Source of the DNA: Bigelowiella natans CCMP2755
Lineage: Eukaryota; Protista; Cercozoa
Assembly: GCA_000320545.1 (NCBI GenBank)
Contig: ADNK01000343.1
Coordinates: forward strand, 960 to 64,959
Length of the DNA: 64,000 bases
Reading direction: 5' to 3'
A program made the translations under genes and the position numbers. Shown piece by piece: positions 41,401 through 55,399 of this stretch. The notes under the pieces are model-generated. The model saw nothing but the letters and a program-made list of their open reading frames with translations. It ran no database searches and was not told the origin of the DNA. Every line of letters begins with the position of its first letter. Position 1 is the first letter of the stretch.

Positions 41401-44400
41401 GTGGTTCAGTGCGAAGAGGGACTTTATGGATTTGGAAGGTCATCCAACTATGAATTACCAGGGTGTGGTAGAGGATCCAATATATTAACTCCAGAGAAAT
41501 CAACATTTGAGGAAGGAAAGTTTGTTCAGGTGAGAATTGGTGAAAATTGTGGGTGTGGGCTAACAGAAACTGGAGAGTTGTACTCTTGGGGTAATTCTAA
41601 CAACAGTGGACATTCTCGATCTACTCGACAACCTCTAAAACTCACCATCAGCGAGAATGGTAATACTAAGTTTGTTCTTATTGAATGTGCTGATTACGGG
41701 TGTTGGGCACTGAATGCGAAGGGGGAAATGTTTTCTTGGGGAACATGCAATTATGGAGAACTGTGCAGAGGGTCAACCAGTTACAGAGTTTATCAAAGAC
41801 CTAATAAAATTATGTTTAGAAATACTGCAGTTGTTTGGTTTGCTGCCAGCTATACACATTGTATTCTTCTTACAACGGATAACAAGTTATTCTATTCTGG
41901 ATTATTCATGTCATCCCAGCAGCGCAGAGGTTCCCCATATGAATTCCCAGCTTCATATGGGACTACCGGTTCTATCAACTCTGTATCTTGTGGTTATTAC
42001 ACGACATGGATCACTTCTGGCCCTGCAGCACGAAAGCAGTCATTGCCTTTAGAATGGAATCAATATTCGGGATGTACAAAACCTCCATTCCCTTCTGCTG
42101 CGTATCTTTGTGGACGTAAGTTTGCTCCACATGAGAAGGATCTGGGCCTTTTCAATATATTTCGAAGGAAAACAACGAATCGCTCAACAGATGGGTATTA
42201 CTACGTGGTTGTACCTCAGGGATTCGACAAAATTCAAAATTCTGGCAAAGGAGACACACCTCATGCACAGTTCTATGCATTTACTGTTCCAAAACCTAAC
42301 ACTGTTGAGTATCAAATCCAAGAGTCATTCTTCTGTAAGGAAGAGGACTATCATCGAATTTTCCCCGAAATGCGTGGTCATCTTCGTATAGTTCCGGGTG
42401 ATACACCGACCGACTCGAAATGGGGGGTTCCAGAATTTGGGGGTCGCTGCCGCTTTTGGGCCCTTGCAGAGCTAGGAGGAGGACAAGAAGAAATTGGTGG
42501 TGGTGGTGGTGGACACTTAATGTCACTAGAGACGAATACAATGACTCCTTTTCTCGCAAAGCTTAAAGATGGACCTCATTCTGCAGCCTCTGTTGCTCCT
42601 CCTGATGCCAATAAGATGCGTGCTTTCGTGTTTGATATGGAGCTTAGTGCCTTTGGGGGTATTGCCGTCACTAATGCAATAGGTGGTACACAAACAGCAT
42701 CATTATCCCAAAAAAGAGAGCGGAGAAAAGGAGACCGTAGTTATGAATCTCTGAATGAAGGAATGATTCAAATACGCCATAGAGATCAAGGAATACATGC
42801 ACCAATTTCACTTCAAACCACCTCGATCGCAGCAAACAAACATCTTCTTCGCGGAAATCAAAGGCCGTGGAGAGGACTCCAGAGCGGTTGCACTTTTACA
42901 GTGACTTTAAAGCATGCGAAAAAGGCAAATACATTACTTTCAATGCCGGGTCTTTTCCATGGATCATTTTCACAGACGTCCTTCAAAATGAATGTGTTTG
43001 GTATCAAAGAGGTAACAGCGGGGATCACTTCAGAACAACTCGCAGCAGAACGTTTAGCGTTCGTCGTGGTTTTCCTTTATGATTGTCCCGATGAAGGAAG
43101 TTCTGGTGAAAGTAAATTGGATGCGTTAGGAGGACCAAAAATAAGACTTTATGTAAATGGAAAGCTTCAGAAAGAGGTCATCCTTCCAAAGCCAATCGGC
43201 GCTAAGTTTGCAAAATACTCTTCTGGCAATTTCTTGAATAGTGGTAATGTAGCTGGAGATGGTTGTAACCGCCTGGAACTACTTGTGAAAGAAAATAAGA
43301 TTTCTGTACCTTGGACGATGTTTGAGGAAATGGGATATGACGACTTCAGTTTCTTGGTAGACATGGATGACAAGGAAAAGAAACAATTTTACGAAGACAT
43401 GAAATTTACAAAGGATGATATCATGAAATATGAGTCGGCAATGAGCTCAGTGAATGGCTCAAATTTCATCTTTGCTCAAAATTTAAACATGAATTCACAA
43501 GTCTCTCATTGTGGGTTTTGGCCTTTTGCATTGTCACCAGAAATGGTTGGATATATTGGTGAAAGGGGGCTGGAATACTGCATTGAAGATACCGAAAAAC
43601 TAGAGAAAGCAGAGTCAACGCTTACATATTATGATTTTTCAAGCTGCCGCACAAGCAGCACATCCATCAAGAAAGGAGGCGGAGGAATTCATGATACAAG
43701 CAATAGTCTCTCTTCGTCAGAGTCGTCCTCTTCTTTCACATTGCCGTTAGGAATTGTTGCACCTGGAAGCTCATGCGAAAGGGCTTCGGATCTGCTGCTT
43801 GGGGCTGCTGTTGTCACTTCGGAGAAGAAGGCGAACAAGAAGAACAAGAAGAAGAAGAAGAAGATGGTGTCGTTACCTGGTACCGCACTTGTGCCTGGAT
43901 CACATGGTGTTTATGTTGACCGCAAGCTTAATGCCCTTCATGATGAGGATGAGAAGGAGAAGAAGGACGTCGTTTATAGACGTTTTGAGGACGATGTGCT
44001 TAGCGAATATACACTTGCCGCAGATATTTTCATTGGGAAACCCCCTGCTGCAGGAGGGAAAATTGCTCTACTTGCTTCTGCTGCTAAGAATGTACCAACG
44101 TTGAAAAAAGGCAAGGAAAATTGCGGATACGATGAAAACCTCTACGATTTCGGTGACAATGTTGACGATATCCAATGTTTTGATGCCGGATCGGGAATTG
44201 GAGTGATCGAAGGTGCTGTGGACTGCAATGGAGGATCATCATCATCATCATCATCATCATCATCGAAAGGTGGTGTTTCATCTTTACAGGCATGGGTCAA
44301 AATCCCTCCAAGATCTGGGGGGGGTATTATTGCTGGCAATGGAACTAAAGGTCTACCTCAAAGACAGCTTCTTTTTAGCACGGGTTACAAACACCAGAGT

Positions 44401-44658
44401 TCTCGCATTTTCAACGATGGAAAGTCGTGCAAAGGTAGTTCTGGCTATACAGTGTTTTGTGATACGACACTATCGACAGGCATTCATCAGTGGGAAGTGA
44501 CTGTAGAAATGCCCAGTGGATCCAGCAGCAAGCCTTCAGCCTATATTGGTAAGAGAGAGAGTATTTGAGAATAATAAGTATAGATGCTAATATTAATATA
44601 ATAACATAAAAATTCCGAACAATTGCAGGTTCTTTTTTATGAGCTGCTAACCGATTGA

Positions 44659-44689
<31 letters not shown>

Positions 44690-47600
44690 ATTAGGTGTTG
44701 TACCGGCGGTCATGCTCGATACCCATAGATATATTAGTGGCTACGGCCACATTGGTGACGCTTCATACCGAGGATATGCACTTCATGCAAATAGAAATTC
44801 ACAGATACTGTATAAATACATTACAGGCGTTAAACATCCTGCAGGGGGGCCGTATCCTTTCCCTGCAGAAAAGTATGAGAAGTACGGCTTAATTTTGGAT
44901 TGTGCTAAAAAGACTCTTTCTTTCCGCAAGGGAGGACTACATGGCCCTATCCTTAAATCAGCTACGTGTACTATATCAACATTTCCTGTGGTACCTGCGA
45001 TAACACTAGGGTATGGCGAAGTTACTGTTCAGGGTACCATATTCCAAGAAGATGCTTATGAGTTTAAAGATGCAAAGAAGACGACTAGTAGATACTCGTC
45101 GTATCGACGTAGTTCGCTGGATTCGACTTTCAAATCATTTCGCAGTGCCTTTTTAAAGCTTGAATACGATTTCACAAAAATTAGCAGAGGGACTGTTAGT
45201 GTGAAACCAACAGTGGGCAGAAGTGTCTTGTCTTTAAAAGACGGTGCTTCTGTAAAGAATGGTGTCTTAAAAACAGGAAATTTGAATCGTGGATATGCTG
45301 AAGCAATTATCTCTGAATTCAGGCCCAAAGTGCGTTCCGTTGAGATACTTGTAAAGAGCACATCAATGACAAGAGCAAGCCGTGTAGGCGTTGTGTCGTT
45401 GGACCGCCGCTATAATCCTAATTACTCGATGTTGAACTATGATGGAATCGAAATCGGCAGTACAAACACCTTCAGACACGTATCAGAAAATTCCCGCAGG
45501 GATCAGCCGCTTGGGCAAACTCCATGTGAAAAAAAGGTGATGATGATGGTAGTTTAGGTGATAATAATAATGAAATCTGTGCATCTGCAGTAAACATAAT
45601 GATAAAAGGATGTGGTAGTATCCGAGGTTAATATTTGTATCGCTTTACTTTGTGCGAGATCATGAGTGAGATAGAGGTAAAAGAAGGTGCAGTTTCTTCA
45701 ATGATATACGTTCATGGAACAACGGTGTGAGTAATCGGGCCGATAAAATTACGTTATCAAGTTATGATCTGCCCCTTCTTATTTGTTGTTTTACAATATT
45801 GTTGATGTTTGTTTGTGTTCCATCGGTGGTACAAAGAGCGAGTGGGTTCATCTTGTGGTCGTTTATCATAGCAATAATACAATTGCATTCTACCGCAACG
45901 GTGTGCCGCATGGCCAGGTAACCAACGGTGATTACAAAGGAGGAAAGTAGTAGCTCCATTAGAGAGGGGGGGGGTGTAGGAGATGACAAGAAAACAGAGT
46001 ACCTTATAAATGAATGATGTTTTTGAACGTAATGAATGAGAGATTCTATAGGTTGTGCAATAACATAAGGGTGAGGGAAGCCGCACCATCATCCCTACGA
46101 CTAGAACTGAATATGACTCATGCTCTTTCTTTCTTCTAAAGATAATCAAAAGGGATCGCGTTCGTGAATACCTTCAAGCTGACTCTAAGCTTCTACTCGG
46201 TCGATTAAATGGTCGGGAGTCTAATATATTTCCTGGAGAATACAAATTTGTTCGCGTATATTCTAGTGCTGCAAATCACCTTCAAGTTCAGAGTCTTTAT
46301 GCTAAAGCTAAACCCTTCCTCTCTTCTTCATCTTCTTCAAGCAGAGCAGAATTTATATCATGGGGCGTGACACATAACGGTGCTCCCTATGTACATTGGA
46401 AAAATAAGAAAAGCTCTGGTGACAATTTCCACGTATTCACGAAATGTGACGCGATTAACAACGGAAGATGGACTCATCTATCGTTTAGCTCTGGTAAAAA
46501 ATCGGGTATATCTCTTGTGATAAACGGACGTGTTGCGGAGGTTTATCGTCCTTCACAACCACTTGAGCCTATTCCAATGAAGAAAATATGGATTGGCGGT
46601 GATGCAAGGGCTGCAGCAGCTGCCAATATTAGCACTCATCCTGAATCAGGATCCTCATTCTCTGGTTCAATTCGCAATGTGCGCGTACTATCTGGTGCAA
46701 TCAAAGACGACGGCATTCCTGGAATTCCGTATGGTGATAGTCAAGATAATAAACAGATTAATGGTGGGCAGTTGCTAGCGAATTTTCCTTTGAGATCGCT
46801 GAAGGAACGTGCGAAAAAAATACTATATTTCGGCAGGAAAAGCAGCATGCCTCTCGGTAAAGCTAACAATCTATTGTACGTAAGCGAAGATGGCAGGATC
46901 GAATTGTCATTGACCGGGAAAAAGGAAGAAAAGATACCTTCTATGTCAGTAGCCAAAGTACCATTCGGGGAATGGTTCCGGCTCGTTGTTTACAAAAGTG
47001 CAGATACGATGAGTATCTATGTAAATGGCAAATCGGCGTTAATATCTACTCCCAATATTGATTCCAAATTGCAAGTGAGTTTGGGTGCTACATTCCGTTT
47101 CTTTGGGGGGGGGGATGAAGGCAAAAGGGAAATAGTAGACGGGGACGACAGCAAACGCAACGTAAAAAATGAAAATAAATGTGCAATCCACAGCATTCAT
47201 ATCTGTAAGGGTACAGTAAAGAAGTTAAGTGAAAAAGATTGGGTTAGTAGTGTTAGTAGTAGTGCTGCTGATTCCACAGCAATGGGTGCTATGAATTACC
47301 GAGAACAACTGCTGGCAGAACAAATTGATAGCATCTTCGAAAATTCGGGTTTCCCGGTATAGAGCAACACAATTGTCATATACATCTCAATACAACATAG
47401 ACTGCACTGGTGTCTGTCACAATATACTATTTCTTGCAATTCTACCATTTCTAAAGATCTTAGTATGTACGATGCGACGATGATGATAATGATGATGATG
47501 ATGATGATGATGATGATATAAATAGGCACACTGGCCTCTGAAAGCTGCAAGGCGCGTGCAATTTGATTTGGCATCTACCGATAAGTACCTAATGATGAAT

Positions 47601-48980
47601 GGGGATATCTTGGAGAACGAGGACGCTTTAGCTGGGATTAGAAATCTTGAATCAGTCTTAATAGCTGTTGGATTCAACCAAGGAATGGTGAAGAAAGTAT
47701 TATCAGAGGAGAAAAAGGCTATGGAAGAAGAAAAAGATGAGAAGGATGATGATACCGATAACAACAGGAAGAAGGTTGATGTCGGTTATGCTATTAAAAA
47801 CATCATCCCAAAACTACTAATGAAAACTGCTGCAATAGCAAGAGACCAAGAGGTCGGGCAGAAGCAACTCTCTCCCAAACTGTCGGCCTCGATCAAAAAT
47901 GCGGTCAGTAATATCAACAGGATGGCAGCAACAGTGACAGCAGCGAGTAGGAACTCGTCATCATCACTCTATAATATTTACACGCGTACACCATGCCCAA
48001 AACGGGAGACATTGACGGTGGAATGGCCAAAAGACATTGTCGAGCACTGGCGCACCTGTGAACTCTCAATCGCCCTTCAGAACGTATTTATAAATTATTA
48101 GAGGAGCGAACAATAACTAATAATAATATCAGAACGTATTTATGAATAATTAAAGCAGCGAATAATAACTAAAACAGTATCAATGATAAATACACAAGTA
48201 GTTTTAACTTAGCAAGCACAAAAGATTAGTCCAACGATACACACACTTTGAATGATAGGAAATCGACGAAAATATGCCAAACACAATGAATAGTAATCAT
48301 CACATACTAATGGTGCCTATGTATGAATCGATCCATAATTGAAGACCGTGTTTCAATTTCTGCTGCTACACAGACAACATGGGAATTTGTTGGAAATGAG
48401 ACGAAAGATACGTCGTCGCCTTCAGTAGCGAAAGTGCTGCATTTAAGTGCGGATGGCAAATTGGGCGCATTACCAGGAAAGTGGGAGATTCCAAACAAAG
48501 ATAAAGAAGAAATTCAAACGACATTCTCTAAGGATGGAAAGATTAGCAAATTCACTCTTGGGCCTCTACGCAAGACTTTGATCGAAAATACAGAAGATGC
48601 CAAAGAAGGAAAAGGGGTATCATCATCATTTCCAAGTGTCTATAAGCTGGTATCACGTGGTCCGTATGCTGCTATTCCGTGTTCTAAAGCAAAGAAAGCT
48701 TGGGAGAAGTTTATAGTGGCACGGAAAGATATTCTGAAGACGCGATCTGGCCATGAAAGATGTCTAGCCGCATTATACTCTAGGCAAATAGCCCTTGAGA
48801 TTTCACTCTATCGTTGCTCTAATATTAATACCAACGAGGAGTCAAACGGAAGTAACCACCAAATATCGCGGTTGATGCAACTAGCACGCGGCCTAGAAAT
48901 GTATCCTGTTGGGGGTGCCCTAAAAAGACTACATGAATGGCTAAGAACCAAAATCCGGACAGAAATGAAGGAGGCGGTGG

Positions 48981-49017
<37 letters not shown>

Positions 49018-50283
49018 GACATCATCAGGAGGAGCTACTGTAGCATCTGGTGAGTGAGTAAGAAAATAGTAGCTGTTTTGGCGAGCAACATTACACTTGT
49101 ATGCGGTGGTGGCGACTGTGGTATTTGTAGGCATTTCATCATTGATCGATCAATGAGTTGGGTACATCATCATCAAATTAGCTCTATTAGTAGTAGTGCC
49201 GTCATATCAACATATCTAATCTATGTGTCGTTGTCTGGTGCTGGTTTGGCAGTAGTATCTTCGTCGTTCGATACCACCAACATTAATACTGTAATAGCTG
49301 GACGCTACTACTACTACTACCGCTATCACTACTACAATTAATGTATTTGTACTACGTAGGTGCATCATCCTTACAATTAATGTATTTGTACTACCTAGGT
49401 GCATCATCCTTACAATCGACGAACAACATCCGCAACATCAGCATCAAGAGCAAAGAATTTCCGTTGCTATCTGCTATGGTGAAAGAAACTATTCAACAAT
49501 TGTTGATGATAGTGGAAGCTGGATCAAGAGCTGCTGGTGGTGGTAGTGGTGGTGGTTCACAAGGAAGAGGAGGAGAGGAAAACTTTGATGTTGATCTTTC
49601 AGCATTGTCTAGAGAACAGGAGGAGGCAATGTTGAAAGGCGTGAAACCGAGCAAAGGATTCCTATTTTGGCTCTTACAGACTCTCAGCGCACTGTTTGTC
49701 GAGGCAAAGACTTACAATGAAAATTTTGTACTAAGATGGAGACGAAAGGCGTTTCCTCCCCTTATGATCAATCTGTTATTTGAATCTGTGTTGCACATTG
49801 ATGGTGCGGCTGCACTCAACATGCTAAAATTGTTGAACACATTCGTTAACGATCACTCTTCACCATCGTCACAGGTAGATATTAGTAGTTCAGTTGATAA
49901 ACTCGAGAATGATGATGATAAATGATATCGAAGATAATCAAGAAAAATAGATTTAGGAGATCGTGATGATATATATATTACAGAAAATGGCGAATTTAGC
50001 GCTGAATTAGAAGATGTAGTTAACGAAAATAGGGCGAAATATGTCCCTAACAAATATACACCACCCCACCTTTTTCAACGTATGGTGAATAATGGAAACG
50101 GTGAGGTGGTTTAGAGAGAGAGAGATGTCGAAGATGATTTTGTCGCGTAAAATGGGAATAATCACATGGTCAAGCAGGAGTCGTGATGGTGGTGGTGGTG
50201 GTGATAAATGAGCTGAATGTACGAGTTGTGCGACTTATTAAATTCTATGTAATAGAAACAAAAACAAGACAACGACTGTGTGT

Positions 50284-50320
<37 letters not shown>

Positions 50321-51490
50321 AGGGGGGAATGGTTGCGCACCCACCATTTGATTTTGGAAGGGCTGCTATATTGAAAGAGCTCATGGTACAAATGCGCGAG
50401 AAGGAGGATTCAAGCAACTACTCACTATTCTTTCGCTCGCTGCTTACACTCAATATGACAATCGAGCGTGCAGCAAGAAAGTATGCGGAAGAGGAGAAAA
50501 GACGCCGATTGCTGATGGCGGATGAGGATAGCAAAGAAGAGGGAGAGGAGGAGGAGGAGGAGGAGGAGGAGGAGGAGGAAGAAAAAGAAGACACCAGGCC
50601 TTTGTGGCAATGGGTAGTAAGAGTCGTGTAGAGAGTTACTACTACTACTATTAGAAGAAGAATACTGATAGGTTGGTTTAGGAGGTGGGGTAGTGGTGGT
50701 AGCAAGCAATCAAACAAAGGAGTAGTGCGGTAGTAGCCAGCAACCAAACAAAACAGTATAACAGTCCATCATGATCATTAATTACAATTGTTATCATCAT
50801 CAATACTCCATTAATCACCCAATCAAATCAAATCAATCAATCAGGTTCTCCCACCTGGTGGGCGCATGTCAGCTAAGCAGATAAGACCTGGAACATGGCT
50901 GGTGAAAAAACTTCAATCTGGAAGGTGTTACATTTCAACAAAATTTGCAATGCGCACAGGAAGGTATGAGTGGGAAGTTAAGTTTACAAAGAGAGGCACT
51001 AATGGTAGTTGCAACAACTACTATGGTGTGGCACCGGTAGGAGGTAACCAAAGTAATTTCCTTGGTCAAACTGGATGGGCATTATGTTCGGGTGGATCCA
51101 AATTTAGAAAAGGCAGCTCATCGAGTTATTGCCCTAGTTTTTCAAGCCCTCCGGTTACAATTCGCGTGACGGTAGACTGCGGAAAACGTCAAATTTCCTT
51201 CAAAGGAAAGGGACCATCAGGGAATTTTGGGGGGGTAGCCTATTCAGATCTTGAACTACCTGTTTTTGCGGCAATTTCCCTCGAATATCCGGGTTCAGAG
51301 TGTGAAGTAACGCCGATTTCTTTCCGAGGAGGAGGAGGAGGAGGAGGAGAAGGAGGAGAAATGGATCAAACATGGTTTAACGATTTGTTAGTTGCCGATG
51401 GGGTTGTGTCGTCACTCAATAGCAAGATGAGGATGAGAAGGAAATATGTTACAGGATTAACATTGTTTCCGGTAATCGATATGATTTCTT

Positions 51491-51534
<44 letters not shown>

Positions 51535-54500
51535 GCTTGCTGGCACAATGTTGTGTAATATGAACACGCTCATATTTATATCGGATCTTTATTTTGATTC
51601 ACAGGTTGAGTTTTCTAGGAAAGTGATGATGCCTTTCTTATCATCTCAAGTTACTCGTGCAAAGAACAAGCGCCAAGTCGATGTTTTCCTAGGTAAAATG
51701 GCTTTACAGAGTTCCACAGCGAATGCTCCCAGAGATGCACCGCCTATATTTCTGGATGAAACAAAAGGCCAGCAACGGAAAAAGCATCAGCAGCAGCAGC
51801 AGATATGTGAGTATTTTGGTGCTGATAATGCAATAAATGGTGCTTTTAAGGGAGCAGCATCGCCAATGGATTTGGTTCGTTTTTCTACCGCTAAGACTGA
51901 GATGGAGGTAAATCCGTGGTGGCAAGTCGATCTAGGAGCTGCTTCCTATACAGTTTCATCTATCGAAATATTGTTTGGCCAGACAAAAAAAGGTGGTAAG
52001 GTTTATGTTGCACCGATCACTGCTTCTGAGGCTGCTGCTGCTGCTGGTGGTGGAGGTGGTGGTGGTGGGGGTTCAACAACAACTGCTGAAACAATGATTC
52101 ATGACGAAGATATCAAAGGAAGAAGAATCCTAGTATGCACTCAGTGCAAAAAGGGGATGAAGGTCAACGTGAAGATTCCCTCCGGAATAACCACAAGAAA
52201 ATGGCGATTTTGGCGTATATTTGGGGAAGGAAACATGCAACTAAGCTTGCAACATGTCGTGGGCATCGTATCTTGCAAGGATGGCGTAGAGGGAGAGAAG
52301 AAGAAGAAGAAAAAGAAAGGTATTTGTTGTTGTATGCGGGTGCATCCCACCTACATTGGAGGGAAAATAATAGACTATTTAAAAAAAAAGATCAAGAAGA
52401 AGAAAAGGAAAGTACTCGTACAGCACCAAGTCTCTCCCTTTTCTACGATCGATTCTTAGTCTTAGTTGTCGATCTACTTCTATTACTACCACAAATACTA
52501 CTACTACTACTACTTAGATTATTTCTAACAATAATGTACTACTACTACTACGTCCAATTAAACCAAATCACTTTCGAAATATATTATCATTATGGCATTA
52601 TTATTAATATTATTATTAAGACTTCGACGTTGATTCCCATGATGAATAATACACTATTAAATAGGACTCCCCAAGTTGACCTTCCCAACTTCATTGTTCG
52701 AGAAAATAATGTTATCATTTGACCAAGAGGCTTTATCTGGAGTGGTAACGATGCTCAATCGGTATGCAGATTTGAAGGGGTCTATATCCGATATAAATTC
52801 AGTCGTGACGATGAAAGCTGAAATCTTGGACAAAGACTTTCTAAAAATGCACCAAGGCGTTTCTCGTTTGTCACCACAGGACGGGGAGATTCTTGTCGTT
52901 GTTGCTATGCTAGTTCATTTCAATTATGTTATCTCAGAGATGCTGCCCATGGTCGATCTTTCCGTTCCACCTGGCCACTCATCACTAAGCGACAACATAA
53001 GAGCGATAAGAAGATACATCTTTTGGAGACAAAAATCGTCATCGTGGGAGGCAGCCCTGGCATCATCTGTATCATTATCGAAGCTGAACCCGACTATAGT
53101 ATTCTCGATGTTGGCTGCAAGGCAACTTTATATCAATAGAAAGACCGATTTTACAGGAAGAAGAAGCTTGTTTGGACAATTCTATCAAGCAACCAAGAAC
53201 CTTGACGTCAAAAGATTGTAATAATAAGCGATAGAATGATCAAAAACAATGACAAATAATAAAGAGAAGCATAATCCTAATATTTGGTAAAATTATTTAA
53301 GTATATTCATATTCTTTCTCGCTCTCGCTCTCTCCCTCTCGCTCGCTCGCTCTCTCCCTTCGCTTCTCTCTTTTTCTAAGAGCAAGAGTGTCTAATGAAA
53401 TCATATCATCACCGTTGTGATCATTATGTTTTGATTTATTCAGATACGCAGTGCGCAAAAACGACAGATGTTTCCAGGTTGCTGACATTCACATGAAAGT
53501 TGCTGATGCGGGTGGCCCCTACCGAGACTACGTCAACAAAATGATGGAAGAAGTGCAAGATCCTGTCTTGCCGCTATTTATGAAATGTCCTAATGGACGT
53601 AATAGTATTGGCGAAAATCGCAATTGCGTGGTCCCACGTTCATCATCTACCTCCACAGTGTGTATCTCGCTTTATGAGACTCTTGGTAAATTCATTGGCA
53701 TGATAATTCGATCGAAAAACCTGGTAATACTACTAATTGACAAATAATAATCTTGAGAGAATAGCAGCAATGGTCATCTTTTATATTTTCGACAATTGTA
53801 AAGTTGGGTACCATAGTAGTAGATCAACGAATAAGATGCAACCGTGGTAATTAGTAGATGATAGCATAGAAGAAGGGAGAATTATCCAATATTCAGTCAG
53901 AATGAGAGGAATGTTGTAAACACAAATTCAATAGGTTGCTCTCAATTTTCCTGGACTCGTATGGAAATATCTCATTCGTGATAAGATCACAAAGTTTGAC
54001 ATAGAAGCAATCGATAAATTATGCTGGCGACAGATCAAAGAAATTAATCGTATGGAGGAAAAGGTGAATATGATAATAGATGGATTTTGGAATTGTGTTC
54101 ACGTCACAATATTCAACTACCATTATTGATTATATTCACCATCATATCATTTATATCGGTTTCTCTCGATATTTACAGGGATCCAACTTCAAGCCCGCTT
54201 TCTTCGATTCACAAATGAAAGATGTGAAATTTGTGGCCCCAAATGCTGAGGGCCGTATGGTACCTTTGGTCAAAGACGGCAAGAATCGCGCGCTAACTTG
54301 GGCAAACCGTCACGAGTACATGCAAGCTCTATTCCGTATGAGAATGCATGAGTTTGATGTACAGCTTGAGTCGATTGCGAAAGGCATGAACCAGGTAGTA
54401 CTTCTTCTGCTACTACTACAAATTGTGTATACTTTGTAAAAATTGAAAGTAGTAATGATCGATGTACTTTATCAGTTTTTGATAATCTACTTTCCTTTCA

Positions 54501-55189
54501 ATACAAACTAACCCTCTAATATTTAATGTTGCGTGATTGCAGGTAATTCCTTGCCATCTTTTGTCATTGTTTACTTGGAATGAGCTCGAAGCGATGGTTT
54601 GCGGTCGGGGTATGTCTTTGCGTGAGGTTGACTTACTCGAGAAGATGACCAGCTATTCTGGACATCGGAAGACTGACCCACACATCATCAACTTCTGGAA
54701 AATGCTTCGTAGCAGATTCGATGAAGAGGAGCGCGCCAAGTTTTTGACATTTGTGTGGGGTCGATCTCGACTTCCAACGTCAGCCGCGGATTTCTCTTCT
54801 CGATTTACGCTTTCAGGCCATAGTAGATCGCGATCGAATCCGGATATGTGGCTGCCGATAGCGCACACGTGTGGATTCTCCATGGAATTTCCAAAATATT
54901 CGAACATTGACATCATGACTAAAAAGGTAATAACAGACATTCGAAACTTAACATAACCTTGAGCGAAATAAAATATAAATTATGATGATCCAGATCAAAT
55001 GGGCTATGAACAATTGCACAACAACTGATGCTGATGGATCCATTCGGAGCGGTAATAAATGAATAAACTGGTTCATATTTGTACGAGGAGTATCATGATT
55101 TATTGTATTGTTTATCTTGCAAAGGTGGTACGGTGATTGGACTTTCATCTGGTGAAGACGACAGTGCTATGATCAGTTTATGGAGTTAG
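15996..55189 (+). CDS. Giant HERC-like HECT E3 ubiquitin ligase (LamG-like, SPRY, galactose-binding/F5-8-like, RCC1 repeats, UBA-like, C-terminal HECT); many exons
   Basis: HECT motifs DAGGPYRD, LFMKCPNG, FWKML, FLTFVWGRSRLP and PIAHTCGF (catalytic Cys codon ~54870); last exon ends ...SLWS* at 55189. RCC1 repeats at ~41070-42020. SPRY-like domains at ~37100-37570, ~44410-45030 and ~50870-51320. The exon at ~36033 begins at an AG acceptor, and small + strand exons run back to a candidate ATG at 15996 (MEPEDPGLSRVPLRE). A LamG-like GLVGYFDG...WRDKSGRGNHG lies at ~20170-20515. The 5' half of the model is less certain. Confidence 0.8.
16400..36030. repeat. Dense intronic microsatellites: (TAG/CTA)n, (GAT/ATC)n, (TAA)n, (TA)n, (CA)n, (GA/CT)n, (GAA)n, (GGA)n
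   Basis: Dozens of directly visible simple repeats between micro-exons, e.g. 17054-17137, 18524-18610, 31258-31319. Confidence 0.9.
49333..49416 (+). repeat. 39 bp tandem duplication spanning a 3' splice site
   Basis: TACAATTAATGTATTTGTACTAC(G/C)TAGGTGCATCATCCT occurs twice, plus a partial third copy. Confidence 0.9.
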
Positions 55190-55399
55190 ACCTGCGCGAT
55201 CGTTTGAATCGATCGTGGGCATGTGTAATTGTGTTATTTTGAATCTTGTGACTCTGTTGTCTGGTTTTGTGGCAAACTCAAGTTATTTTTGCAGTGATTT
55301 GAGCGTGTGATAGTGTTTTACGGATACTGCATCAGGACTGAGGATTGTAATACAATACCACACATGTGAATCGTATTACAAGACGGTTGTGATGCATAA

